In this document: positions 7,876 to 17,392 of the stretch, piece after piece
How the letters are laid out: every line of letters starts with the position of its first letter
How positions within the stretch are numbered: the first letter of the stretch is position 1
Source of the DNA: a bacterium
GTDB taxonomy: Bacteria > Patescibacteriota > WWE3 > JBDRAO01
Assembly (NCBI GenBank): GCA_043823645.1
Contig: JBDRAO010000085.1
Span: 1 to 32,292, forward strand
DNA length: 32,292 nucleotides
Direction: 5' to 3'
Notes under the pieces: generated by a model
Seen by the model: only the letters and a program-made list of their open reading frames with translations
Told to the model about the DNA's origin: nothing
Databases searched by the model: none
Made by a program: the position numbers and the translations under genes

Positions 7876-9899
7876 AGGTATTATTCGCCGCTTCAGAATT
7901 TAGCCCCCTAATAAAGGTGGGAGGTTTGGCAGATGTGGTGGGGTCCTTGCCAAAGGCTTTAAGAAAACTGGGCATTGACGCCAGAGTAATTTTGCCCGGA
8001 TACTCTAGTGTGGCTTTAAAAAAAGAGCACGACGGTGTGCCACTTTATTTTATTAAATCCCACCGGTATTTTGAAAATATTTATCCTGGCGGAGAGCTGG
8101 AAAGCGAGCAATTTATCCACTTTTCGAAAAGCGTGGTAGATTGGCTTCTGACACGCGAATTTGAGCCGGACTTGATTCACTGCCACGATTACCACACCGC
8201 CTTAATCCCTGATATTATAGCTCAAAGAGGCATCACGATGCCCACCCTTTTAACTGTTCATGATCTTTCCAATACCGGCATGGCCGACGCTTCTTTATTG
8301 GAAACTCCCAATATTATAAAAAGAGGGCTTTACACTGCCTCACGGGTAAGCACAGTTTCACCCACTTATGCCAAGGAGATGGTACCCCTAGTGGGAGGAA
8401 GGGATATAGAGGGAATACTAAATGGCATTGATTATGAATTTTTTAATCCCAAAGATGATCCTTTTTTAAAGGAGACTCTTAAGTCATCTTTGCCGGCGTG
8501 GAAAAATCGTTCCAAGCAATATTTGCAAAAAGAGGTGGGGCTTAAAGTCAATCACAATGCCAAGATTATTGCTATGATCTCAAGACTTTCCGAGCGCAAA
8601 GGAGTGCGGTTGTTTGCCGATGCTTTGGAACCTTTGCTAAGAAACGATGCCACGGCCTTGCAAGTAGTGGTTTTGGGAACCGGAGATAAAGATTTGGAGC
8701 AGCTGCTTTTGCAAATGAGTCGGAGATTTGCCAATTGTAAGACAATAATTGCTTTCGACGAGGGTTTGGCGCACCGCATATACGCCGGAGCAGATTTTTT
8801 CTGCGTCCCGTCGCTTTTTGAGCCTTGCGGGCTGACTCAGATGATTGCTATGCGGTACGGCACCCTTCCGGTGGTTAGAAATACCGGCGGTTTGGCTGAT
8901 TCAGTGGCTCATTTGAAAGACGGCTTTGTATTTAGTGAATATAAGGCCGAGGATTTAAAAAAGACCTTCAATGAGGCCTTAAATTTGAGCGCCAAGAAAA
9001 TTACCAAAATACGCCAGGCCGCTTATAAGAAGGATTTTTCGTGGAGTAAATCAGCCAAACAGTATCAAAAACTTTACGAAAAGGTGGTCAATTCCAATAG
9101 AGTGGGCTTGTCAAAAGACCAACCGGTTATTTTTGCGCCCCTGCGAATGAAGCGGCCTCGGCAAGAAAAAGCAATAAAGGAGGTCTGCCTTTTCTGCCCG
9201 GGAAATGAGGCATTAATTTCCCCTGGGATCACAAGCACAAAGACGAGTTATGGCAAGTGGAGGGTTAGAGTGATACCAAATAAATATCCAATTTTCAATA
9301 TCCATGAGGTAATTATTACCACCAGGAAACACGGGGTTGATTTAATTAATTTAACCCAAAAAGAGATTAACGATGTTTTTATGATGTATCGCAGTCGAGC
9401 TCAGTTTTACGAGCCGGAAAATACGCTCATTTACCACAATTTTGGATCAAACGCCGGGGCTTCAATTTTACACTCCCACTCCCAGCTGGTTATTATACCC
9501 CTCAATGTTACCCCCTCTTTCCCAAAATTAGAAAAGCCGCCCAGTTTTGTAATAAAAAACGCCTCTTCTAATTTTGTGGCCTACTGTCCCAAGGATTCTC
9601 GGTGGACCTGGGAGACAGTGATACATTACAAACACAAAACACTGGAGTTTTCAAAACTCAGGGATTCCGATATCTTGGAACTTGCAAGTTTGTTTAGAGG
9701 GGTATTGAGATCAATCTATAAAAATGCGGCTGTTTCATTTGATAAGTGGCATTATAATTTTTTTATTACTCCCGGAAAGGAGTGGCAGTTGCGAATTATT
9801 CCGCGGCTCGAGATACCGGCCGGATTAGAGTTAGGTAGCAATATTGAGGTTAATACAGTTCCTCCCGATTATGCAGCCAAAAAAATTTGCCCTCGTTGA
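7872..9899 (+). CDS. Fusion protein: glycogen synthase (aa 1 to about 405) plus GalT-like HIT-family nucleotidyltransferase (aa about 412 to 675)
   Basis: N-terminal half has [30 protein letters not shown] and [33 protein letters not shown]. C-terminal half has CLFCPGNE (Zn/Cys motif), VIPNKYP, and [16 protein letters not shown] (H-x-H-x-Q, nt 9471..9485), as in galactose-1-phosphate uridylyltransferase / ADP-glucose phosphorylase-type enzymes. No stop codon between the halves. Confidence 0.8.
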   Translation: [675 protein letters not shown]

Positions 9900-10794
9900 C
9901 GGCAACGCGCTTTTACACCGAGCATACCACGCTTACCCGCAAACCTTGAGAACTTCTAAAGGAGAGCTAGTCAATGCTATATATGGTTTCTCTCGCATAA
10001 TGCTGACTCTGGTAAAATCTCTCCGCCCTGATTATATTGCCATTGCTTTCGACAGGGCTGAACCCACCTTCCGCCACCTGGATTATGCCGGTTACAAGGC
10101 GCACCGTCCCAAAATGGAAAATGAATTGGCCGGGCAGTTAGATTTGCTAAAAGAGGTAGTGGGTGCCATGCACTTGAAAAGCTATTCCATTGCCGGTTTT
10201 GAAGCAGATGATATTATTGGCACTATATGCCGGCAATTAAATGATAAAAAACTGGGAATTGACACTTACATTGTAACCGGAGATATGGATGCGCTCCAGC
10301 TTATCGATGAGAACACTTTTGTATACTCTCCCACCAATGGCATGGCTCATCCAAAGTTGTGGCTTGAGAAAGATGTCATCATAAAGTATGGTTTTGAACC
10401 AAAATATATTGTAGATTACAAGGCACTGCGGGGTGACCCTTCCGATAGTATTCCCGGTGTTAAAGGCATTGGCGCGGTAACAGCCAAAAAATTAATTGCC
10501 CGGTGGGGGACACTGGAAAATATTTACAAAAAAATAGCCTCAGTTAAGCCGCCCAGTGTTTCCGAAAAACTGGCGCAAGAGGTAGAGATGGCGTCTCTAT
10601 CAAAAAAGTTGGCAACAATTAGACAAGATGTTCCTTTGACAATCAGGCTTGACGAGTGCCGGCATCTTGAATTTGAGCGCAATACAGACTTGGCCGATTT
10701 TTTTGAGGCCATGGAGTTTAAATCTTTAATAAAACAGGTTGCCGGATCAAAGAAGGATGGTGGGGCTCACGGCCAGATGCCCCTAACACTATGA
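9871..10794 (+). CDS. Stand-alone 5'-3' exonuclease (Pol I N-terminal / FEN-like)
   Basis: Motifs DGNALLHRAYHA, GFEADDIIGT, TGDMDALQL and GDPSDSIPGVKGIGAVTA; no polymerase domain follows. I prefer the ATG at 9871 (MQPKKFALVDGN) over the track start at 9844. Confidence 0.85.
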   Translation: MQPKKFALVDGNALLHRAYHAYPQTLRTSKGELVNAIYGFSRIMLTLVKSLRPDYIAIAFDRAEPTFRHLDYAGYKAHRPKMENELAGQLDLLKEVVGAMHLKSYSIAGFEADDIIGTICRQLNDKKLGIDTYIVTGDMDALQLIDENTFVYSPTNGMAHPKLWLEKDVIIKYGFEPKYIVDYKALRGDPSDSIPGVKGIGAVTAKKLIARWGTLENIYKKIASVKPPSVSEKLAQEVEMASLSKKLATIRQDVPLTIRLDECRHLEFERNTDLADFFEAMEFKSLIKQVAGSKKDGGAHGQMPLTL

Positions 10795-11864
10795 AAATAG
10801 CCATAGTATCAGACCCATTAACTGAATTCGGTGGGGAACAGAGGGTGCTTGAGGTTTTGCATGAGATGTTTCCCCGAGCGCCGGTTTACACCGGAATGCT
10901 GGATTTGGCTAATATGCCCGAACGATTCGCCGGCTGGGATGTTAGAGTACCTCACCCACGGCTGTCTGCCTTTTTAAAGAAAACAAAGCTTAGATCCTTG
11001 CGGCTGGCTTTAATTTTTGTGTACCAAAGGCTAGACCTGTCTCGTTACGACCTTGTTATTTCCAGTGGAACTTTTTTTGCCAAGGCCGTGAGGGCCAAAA
11101 AGCACCTTGCCTACATTCACACCCCGCCTCGTTTCTTGTATGGTTTTGAAACATCCGGCGGAATGCGGCAAAAACCCTTGTTGAGACTGTTTCTGGCTCC
11201 GTTGGATCATATTCTCCGACTTTGGGATTATACAGTAGTCCGGAATGTCCGTTTTTTGGTTTGCAATTCTGAAACTGTTAGAAGTAGGATAAAAAAGTTT
11301 TATGCCCGAGAGGCTGTAATTGTCCACCCCCCGGTGGGGCTTGGGAAATATATATCACAGCCAACCGGAGACTACTTTCTGGTTGTTTCGAGACTGGAAA
11401 GATACAAAAATGTCGATTTGGCAATTCAGGCATGTAATCTGATAGGGTGCCATTTAATTGTTGCAGGAAAGGGTTTGGAGGAGAAGTACCTCAAAAGTAT
11501 CGCCGGACAGACCGTTGAATTTTTAGGTTTTGTGGGCGATGAGGGGCTGGGCAAGTTGTTTGCGCGCGCCAAGGCGTTTATTTTTCCCATAAAAGATGAA
11601 GATTTTGGCATCACCCCGGTTGAGGCTCAAAGTTTCGGTTGTCCCGTGGTGGCCCACCGCTCCGGAGGAGCCCTGGAAACGGTGATTGAGGGTAAAACAG
11701 GGGAGTTTTTTAATGAGCTGACCCCTGAATCTCTAGCCGAAACCCTAAAGAATTTTAATCCGGCCAAATACAAAGAAAGCGATCTCACTGGCAATGCCGG
11801 TAGATTCAGCAAGGAAGTATTTATAAAAAAGATGAAAGCCATTATTGCAAAAACCTATGCCTGA
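10791..11864 (+). CDS. Glycosyltransferase, GT4 (GT-B fold) family
   Basis: C-terminal E-x7-E region EDFGITPVEAQSFGCPVVAHRSGGALETV. The start overlaps the upstream stop (ATGA). Confidence 0.75.
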   Translation: MKIAIVSDPLTEFGGEQRVLEVLHEMFPRAPVYTGMLDLANMPERFAGWDVRVPHPRLSAFLKKTKLRSLRLALIFVYQRLDLSRYDLVISSGTFFAKAVRAKKHLAYIHTPPRFLYGFETSGGMRQKPLLRLFLAPLDHILRLWDYTVVRNVRFLVCNSETVRSRIKKFYAREAVIVHPPVGLGKYISQPTGDYFLVVSRLERYKNVDLAIQACNLIGCHLIVAGKGLEEKYLKSIAGQTVEFLGFVGDEGLGKLFARAKAFIFPIKDEDFGITPVEAQSFGCPVVAHRSGGALETVIEGKTGEFFNELTPESLAETLKNFNPAKYKESDLTGNAGRFSKEVFIKKMKAIIAKTYA

Positions 11865-12690
11865 ATTACCGGAGGTTCAAACTATTACTGTCCAACTGAA
11901 TACCGAGCTCAAAGGATTAAAGCTTAAAGAGATTATTTGCCATAGCGCTAAAGCCTGCATTCCAAATGCGGCCGGTATTAGAGCTTCTATAGAGGGATTA
12001 AAGTGTTTGGGTGTCAATCGAGTAGGCAAGATGATAATTGTTGACTTTGGGAAGTACTTACTGCAAATTCACCTAAAGCTAACCGGCAGGCTTTTATTGT
12101 TGGGTGAAAACGATGGGGCCCTTCGTTGGGAGAGAGCTCGCCTAAACTTTGAAAAGAGTAAGAGTTTGCGGTTTGATGATATGCGCCTTTTTGGTTATTT
12201 GAAATTAATAAAGCCTAAAGATTTAGTGGGTTTAAAAGCCAGCCTTGGGCCCGATGCTTTGCTAGTACCCACCCTGCCATTTTTTAGAAGTATAAAAAAA
12301 AGCCGCCAGGCAATTAAAAAAATCCTTCTTAATCAAAAAGTAATTAGCGGAGTAGGCAATATCTACGCCAATGAGGCGCTTTTTAAGGCGCGTATTCACC
12401 CGGCGCGCCTGGGAAACAGTATTACTGAAAAAGAGGCTGAAAAACTGTTAGCCGCCATAAAACAGGTTTTGAAAATAGGTATTAAAGCCGGTGGGGCTAC
12501 CTTGGTTGATGAGATGTATCGTGACATTTACAACAAAAAAGGACAGTATGACAAATTTGTTTTGGTTTACGATAGGGAGGGTTTGCCTTGCCCTAATCGG
12601 TGCGGGGGGAAAGTTCAAAAAATACAGCTTGGCGGTCGGGGGACATATTTTTGCCCCAATTGTCAGCATTTAGAGGGAGGGTGGTGGTAA
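11857..12690 (+). CDS. mutM: Formamidopyrimidine-DNA glycosylase
   Basis: MPELPEV N-terminus (catalytic Pro2), so the ATG at 11857 is preferred over the TTG at 11845. H2TH region GVGNIYANEALF and C-terminal zinc finger CPNRCGG...YFCPNCQ. Confidence 0.9.
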   Translation: MPELPEVQTITVQLNTELKGLKLKEIICHSAKACIPNAAGIRASIEGLKCLGVNRVGKMIIVDFGKYLLQIHLKLTGRLLLLGENDGALRWERARLNFEKSKSLRFDDMRLFGYLKLIKPKDLVGLKASLGPDALLVPTLPFFRSIKKSRQAIKKILLNQKVISGVGNIYANEALFKARIHPARLGNSITEKEAEKLLAAIKQVLKIGIKAGGATLVDEMYRDIYNKKGQYDKFVLVYDREGLPCPNRCGGKVQKIQLGGRGTYFCPNCQHLEGGWW

Positions 12691-13669
12691 TAAATACCTG
12701 ATTTTCATTTAAGAAGTGTTGTATGGCAGTTTGGGCATTGCTATCCAGTTCTGAATAAACATCATCCAGCAAAATTATGGGTTTATTGCCTGTTGTAAGC
12801 TCAATAAAAGCCGCCTCGCATACTTTAAGAGCAATAATAAGGGCTCTTTGCTGGCCACGGCTGGCAAAAACGCCCTGCTCTCTGCCACCTACTTGAATTG
12901 AAAAATCAGCTCGGTGGGGTCCGCGAAGTGTTTGAGCCGAGGCGATTTCCCGTGGTCTGGCCTCAGCTAGCCAGTCGGTAGTTATTTCCTTTGCATGGTA
13001 GTGAGCCTTGCAGGTACCGCCTATGAATAAATTATTAAAGTTTCTAACCACCCCTGGCAGGGCTTTTTCCAAAAAGGTAAAGTATTCACGGCGGTCTTTT
13101 TCAATTGGTTGCGCTAATTTTATCAGTTTTTCGTCCCACACATAAAGGGCTGACCGGTTCTCCAAGCCCTCGCGAATTTGCTCTAGGAGCCTATTTCTGC
13201 TTCTTAACACACTGCCATATTGAGTGATATGTTGACTGTATCGGTTGTTAAAACAGAGGGAATTGTTAATATACTCTCTTCTTTTCGATGGCGATCCTGT
13301 TAAAAGGCCCAGATCATCGTGAGAAAACAGCACTGCAGTAATGTTTTTTTCAAAATCTCTTTTAAGTTTAGAGTTCTCGTTGGCTTTATATTTAGTGGGG
13401 GCATAATTTTTGTTTGCATCCACAAACACTTCCAGCCGAGTGCCGTTGCTAAGATCGGCCTCAATTCTTGAGTAGTCTTTATGCCAGTTAACAATCTCTG
13501 GCGTCTTTTCTACCCTGGGCGAGTTTTTACCGGAGAGAAGATACAAAGCTTCTAAAATACCGGTTTTACCACTGGCGTTTGGACCAGTGATGATGTTGAT
13601 ATCTTTAAACTCCAGCCTTTTTTGGAGGTGATTTCTAAAATTATTCAAGGTTAATGATTTTACTTGCAT
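12593..13669 (-). CDS. recF: DNA replication/repair protein RecF
   Basis: MQVKSLTLNNFRNH, Walker A GPNASGKTGILEAL, GPHRADF, signature SRGQQRAL, Walker B ILLDDV. An alternative upstream ATG at 13708 is possible. The 3' end overlaps mutM by 98 nt on the opposite strand. Confidence 0.85.
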   Translation of the reverse strand: MQVKSLTLNNFRNHLQKRLEFKDINIITGPNASGKTGILEALYLLSGKNSPRVEKTPEIVNWHKDYSRIEADLSNGTRLEVFVDANKNYAPTKYKANENSKLKRDFEKNITAVLFSHDDLGLLTGSPSKRREYINNSLCFNNRYSQHITQYGSVLRSRNRLLEQIREGLENRSALYVWDEKLIKLAQPIEKDRREYFTFLEKALPGVVRNFNNLFIGGTCKAHYHAKEITTDWLAEARPREIASAQTLRGPHRADFSIQVGGREQGVFASRGQQRALIIALKVCEAAFIELTTGNKPIILLDDVYSELDSNAQTAIQHFLNENQVFITTTLPLNADNWGKNMSPDRQAVFFELSPRTD

Positions 13670-13717
13670 AAGGTTGCTTTTGTGCGGGAAAAGTGCGAGA
13701 ATTGACATTGATATCCC

Positions 13718-14761
13718 ATGTTTAAGCCTAACTATACTATCACAACTAAGATTTTAAACTCTATTGCGCAGATTGAGGCCTCTCGCCAAATTATTGAGAA
13801 CGCCCCTTTAATTCCTCAGTGGGAGAGAAAATTTGTAGAAGATGCCTTAATTCGCTCTATTCACCACTCTACCCATATTGAAGGCAATCCTTTATCGGAA
13901 GACGATGCCAGAAAAATATATGAAGGTAAGGCGGAAGAACTCAGGGCGGGGGCCCGCGATATTCAAGAGATTCTCAACTACAGAACAGCCATGGATTATA
14001 TAGACTCGCTTAAAGACAAAGAGGCCGGCATTACCGAATCGATGATTCTAAGATTACACTCTATTTTGGCTAAGAATTTTTTGCCTTTGGAGTATTCCGG
14101 AAAATATCGCAATGTTAGGGTGAGTTTGCGAAACAGCCAAACAATGGCAGTAACCTTTACTCCTCCCCCAAAGGGGCAAGTAAAGCCGCTAATGGATGAT
14201 TTTATTGGTTGGGTAAATGACACCGGTCAAAATACGCCCCCGGTAATAAAGGCCGGTTTAATACATTACGAAGTGGCCAGAGTTCACCCCTTTGCAGATT
14301 TAAATGGCCGGACCTCCCGCGCTTTGGCTACTTTAAGTTTGTATCTCGATGGGTACGATATTAAAAGATTTTTCAGCCTGGATGAGTATTATGACCGCGA
14401 CCCAAAATCATACTACGAAGCACTGAAGTCAGTACCAAATAGCGGTGGTGAGCACACCCAGTGGCTGGAGTATTTTTCAACCGGTTTGGCAGGAGAACTG
14501 AGTCAGGTAAAAACTAGGGTTTTGAAGCTGTCGGCCGATTATCACAAGCGCCAGAAAAAAGGGCAAATTTTTCTTACCGAGCGCCAAGAAAGGCTAATTC
14601 AGTATTTGGAAGAAAATGTCCGTTTTGTTAATAAAGACTTTGGCAAAATATTTCCTGGAATTTCCGATGATACCGTCTTAAGAGAACTCAATGATTTGGT
14701 TAAAAAAAAGATTATTAGAAAAAGAGGGCGCACTAAGTCGGCCGCCTATGAATTACGATGA
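13718..14761 (+). CDS. Fic/DOC family protein with N-terminal inhibitory helix motif and C-terminal winged-helix-like tail
   Basis: Fic motif HPFADLNGRTSR (nt 14285..14320), with consensus HxFx(D/E)GNGRxxR showing G to L here. The (S/T)xxxE(G/N) motif STHIEG lies at nt 13868..13885. The basic C-terminus is KKKIIRKRGRTKSAAYEL. Confidence 0.8.
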   Translation: MFKPNYTITTKILNSIAQIEASRQIIENAPLIPQWERKFVEDALIRSIHHSTHIEGNPLSEDDARKIYEGKAEELRAGARDIQEILNYRTAMDYIDSLKDKEAGITESMILRLHSILAKNFLPLEYSGKYRNVRVSLRNSQTMAVTFTPPPKGQVKPLMDDFIGWVNDTGQNTPPVIKAGLIHYEVARVHPFADLNGRTSRALATLSLYLDGYDIKRFFSLDEYYDRDPKSYYEALKSVPNSGGEHTQWLEYFSTGLAGELSQVKTRVLKLSADYHKRQKKGQIFLTERQERLIQYLEENVRFVNKDFGKIFPGISDDTVLRELNDLVKKKIIRKRGRTKSAAYELR

Positions 14762-16461
14762 ATTTTAACCTATTTTGTAAATATTTGGAAAAGCTGGAAG
14801 AAACTGACTCTCGTTTAGAGATGACTACCACCTTGGCAGATTTGCTACGGAAAGCCAGCCTTGGGGAGATTGGTTCGGTTTGCTACCTGGCTCTTGGCAG
14901 ACTAGGCCCTCTGTTTGATAACCCGCAGTTTAACATTGCCTCAAAAATGATGATTAGGGCAGTTTCTCGCAGTTTCGAGGCGAGCGAGGCCGATGTGCTG
15001 GGCACTTTTAAGAAGAAGGGTGATTTGGGAACAACAGCCGCCTGCTTAAGAAACCCGCAGTTGGCTAAAATTGTCCCAATGACGCAAAGCATCTCAGAGG
15101 TTTATCATCTGCTTTTAGATATTGCCAATGATGGGGGTACCGGATCGCAAGAAAGGAAGCTCAGAAAAATTGTGCACCTGCTCTCTTTGGCAGATAACCT
15201 CTCTGTAAAATATATTGTACGGATAGTGTTGGGAACCTTGCGCACCGGCTCTTCCGAAGTGACACTCTTGGACGCTTTAAGTTGGATGGTAAAGGGCGAC
15301 AAAAGCGCCAGAGTGCCTATAGAGCAGGCATTCAATGTATTTCCTGATATTGGTTATATTGCCACCCTAATTAAAAAAGACGGTTTAACAGCTTTATCCT
15401 CTGTCAATCTAAAAGTGGGGGTGCCAATAAAAGCCCAGCTTTGCCAAAGACTCAACCGGCCTGCAGAGATAATAAAGAGGCACGGGGGGGTAACAGCGGC
15501 CGAGCCAAAACTAGACGGCACCAGAGTACAGCTTCATTGCCATACCCCTTTTGTTAAGACTTTTACGCGCAATTTAGACGAAACAACCCACCAATTTCCG
15601 GAAATTATAGCCGAGGCCTGCCGTATTAAAGCTACCTCTTTTATTCTCGATGGCGAGGCTATTGGAGTTGACCCCAAAACAGGGCAATTGTTATCATTTC
15701 AAAAAACCATTACCAGAAAGAGAAAACACCATGTTCAGGAGGCGGCTCTAAGCGTAAAACTTATATTGATAGTTTTTGACATTCTTTACCTCAATGGTGA
15801 GTCGCTTTTGAGTGCACCTTTTATAAAAAGGCGCCAAAAACTTGAAAGGCTCTTAACCGGAGGCAGTAGCATTGTGGTCGGTAATCAATTGCAAACTGGT
15901 AGTGCTAAGGAGTTAGAGCAGTATTTTGAGGAGTACACTGCCGGTGGGGGAGAGGGTTTAGTTTGCAAAGATCTACAATCTCCATATAAAGCCGGTGGCA
16001 GGGGGTATTCTTGGATAAAGTTTAAAAATCTTAATGAGGACAATCTGAATGATACCATTGACTGTTTAGTTATGGGTATTTATAGGGGTCGGGGGAAGAG
16101 GACCAAATTTGGGGTGGGGGCATTTTTGGCGGGTGTTTTAGATAATGCCGCCGGTCAGTATAAAACTATTGCCAAGATTGGTACCGGTCTAACCGATAAA
16201 GAGTGGGAAAAGCTGGCTAAAATTGGGGAAAAATTGCAAATTAAAAATAAGCCAAGAGACTACTTAGTGCCAAAAGAATTAACTCCCGATGTCTGGTTTA
16301 GCCCAAAGTTGGTGGTTTCCATAAGGGCCGACAATATTACCAAATCACCCCTTCACAGCGCCGGTAAGGCGCTCCGCTTCCCACGGCTGATGGCCTGGCG
16401 GGAAGATAAAGCGCCTTCCGATATTACTACCCTAAACGAGCTTACTGCAATTCAACCTTAG
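14758..16461 (+). CDS. ATP-dependent DNA ligase (Lig I / archaeal type, with N-terminal DNA-binding domain)
   Basis: Motif I EPKLDGTR (Lys codon 15508..15510), plus LDGEAI, EGLVCKD and WIKFK motifs. The start overlaps the fic stop (ATGA). Confidence 0.85.
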   Translation: MNFNLFCKYLEKLEETDSRLEMTTTLADLLRKASLGEIGSVCYLALGRLGPLFDNPQFNIASKMMIRAVSRSFEASEADVLGTFKKKGDLGTTAACLRNPQLAKIVPMTQSISEVYHLLLDIANDGGTGSQERKLRKIVHLLSLADNLSVKYIVRIVLGTLRTGSSEVTLLDALSWMVKGDKSARVPIEQAFNVFPDIGYIATLIKKDGLTALSSVNLKVGVPIKAQLCQRLNRPAEIIKRHGGVTAAEPKLDGTRVQLHCHTPFVKTFTRNLDETTHQFPEIIAEACRIKATSFILDGEAIGVDPKTGQLLSFQKTITRKRKHHVQEAALSVKLILIVFDILYLNGESLLSAPFIKRRQKLERLLTGGSSIVVGNQLQTGSAKELEQYFEEYTAGGGEGLVCKDLQSPYKAGGRGYSWIKFKNLNEDNLNDTIDCLVMGIYRGRGKRTKFGVGAFLAGVLDNAAGQYKTIAKIGTGLTDKEWEKLAKIGEKLQIKNKPRDYLVPKELTPDVWFSPKLVVSIRADNITKSPLHSAGKALRFPRLMAWREDKAPSDITTLNELTAIQP

Positions 16462-16828
16462 CGCCGGCGGCTTCCAGCTTTTCTTTGGCTTTTTGCGCAT
16501 CCTCTTTTTTGGCATTTTCCAGCAACGGTTTGGGAGCAGATTCTGCCAGATCTTTGGCCTCTTTGAGACCGAGTGTATTGTTAATTTCTCTAATAGCTTT
16601 AATAACTCCAATCTTGTTTGCTCCGGTGTCTGCCAGTACTACTGTATATTCGCTTTTTTCTTCTGTTGCGGCGCTGTCTTGGGCGGCGGCACTGCCTGCT
16701 GATACTGGGGCGGCGGCCACTACTCCAAACTTGTCCTCTAATTGCTCTACCAGACTATTTAGTTCCAAAACTGTTAAGGCTTCAACTTGTCCAATAATTT
16801 CTTGAATTTTTTTATTTTCTTCTGCCAT
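16442..16828 (-). CDS. rplL: 50S ribosomal protein L7/L12
   Basis: Alanine-rich hinge, [20 protein letters not shown], and C-terminal [13 protein letters not shown]. Confidence 0.95.
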   Translation of the reverse strand: MAEENKKIQEIIGQVEALTVLELNSLVEQLEDKFGVVAAAPVSAGSAAAQDSAATEEKSEYTVVLADTGANKIGVIKAIREINNTLGLKEAKDLAESAPKPLLENAKKEDAQKAKEKLEAAGAKVELQ

Positions 16829-16834
16829 TGCAAA

Positions 16835-17359
16835 TCACCTCCTTAATGCTACTGCTTTAAGAGTTAATACCAGTTTTTGCTGGTTTACCTTGGTTTGCAT
16901 AATAAATCTGTGAATGGGGCTTTTAATAAGAAAGATAGATTTAGCAATCAACTCTTCCCGGCTAAGAAGTGAGGCTATCTTTATAAATTCATTATTGCCA
17001 ATAATACTACCTTCAAAATAACCGGCTAAAAAATTAAACTTCCCCAAGCTTTTACTAAGAGAATTGATATCTTTAATTGTTTCAATGGGGTTATTTTCAA
17101 TAAGGGCGACAGCGGCTTGCCCGCTGAATTCTTTTTGCGCCAAATCACTCTGACCGGATTCTGTTAGGGCAATTTTTAAAAGATTTTTTTTAACAGCTTT
17201 AATGCCATTGCTGTGGGCGGTAATTTTTTGGCGCAGGAGGTTTAGTTCAACGGCCGATAAGCCCTGATAATCAAAAACCAAAACAGTCTTACTGGCGGAA
17301 AGCTTGGCTGATAAATCCTTAACAATATTAATTTTCTTTTCTTTGTTTCTTGATGTCAT
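16835..17359 (-). CDS. rplJ: 50S ribosomal protein L10
   Basis: Lies immediately upstream of rplL. Length of 174 aa and motifs such as VLVFDYQGLSAVELNLLR are typical of L10. Confidence 0.85.
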   Translation of the reverse strand: MTSRNKEKKINIVKDLSAKLSASKTVLVFDYQGLSAVELNLLRQKITAHSNGIKAVKKNLLKIALTESGQSDLAQKEFSGQAAVALIENNPIETIKDINSLSKSLGKFNFLAGYFEGSIIGNNEFIKIASLLSREELIAKSIFLIKSPIHRFIMQTKVNQQKLVLTLKAVALRR

Positions 17360-17392
17360 AATCCTGCGCAGGATTTATGGTTACCTGCGGTC

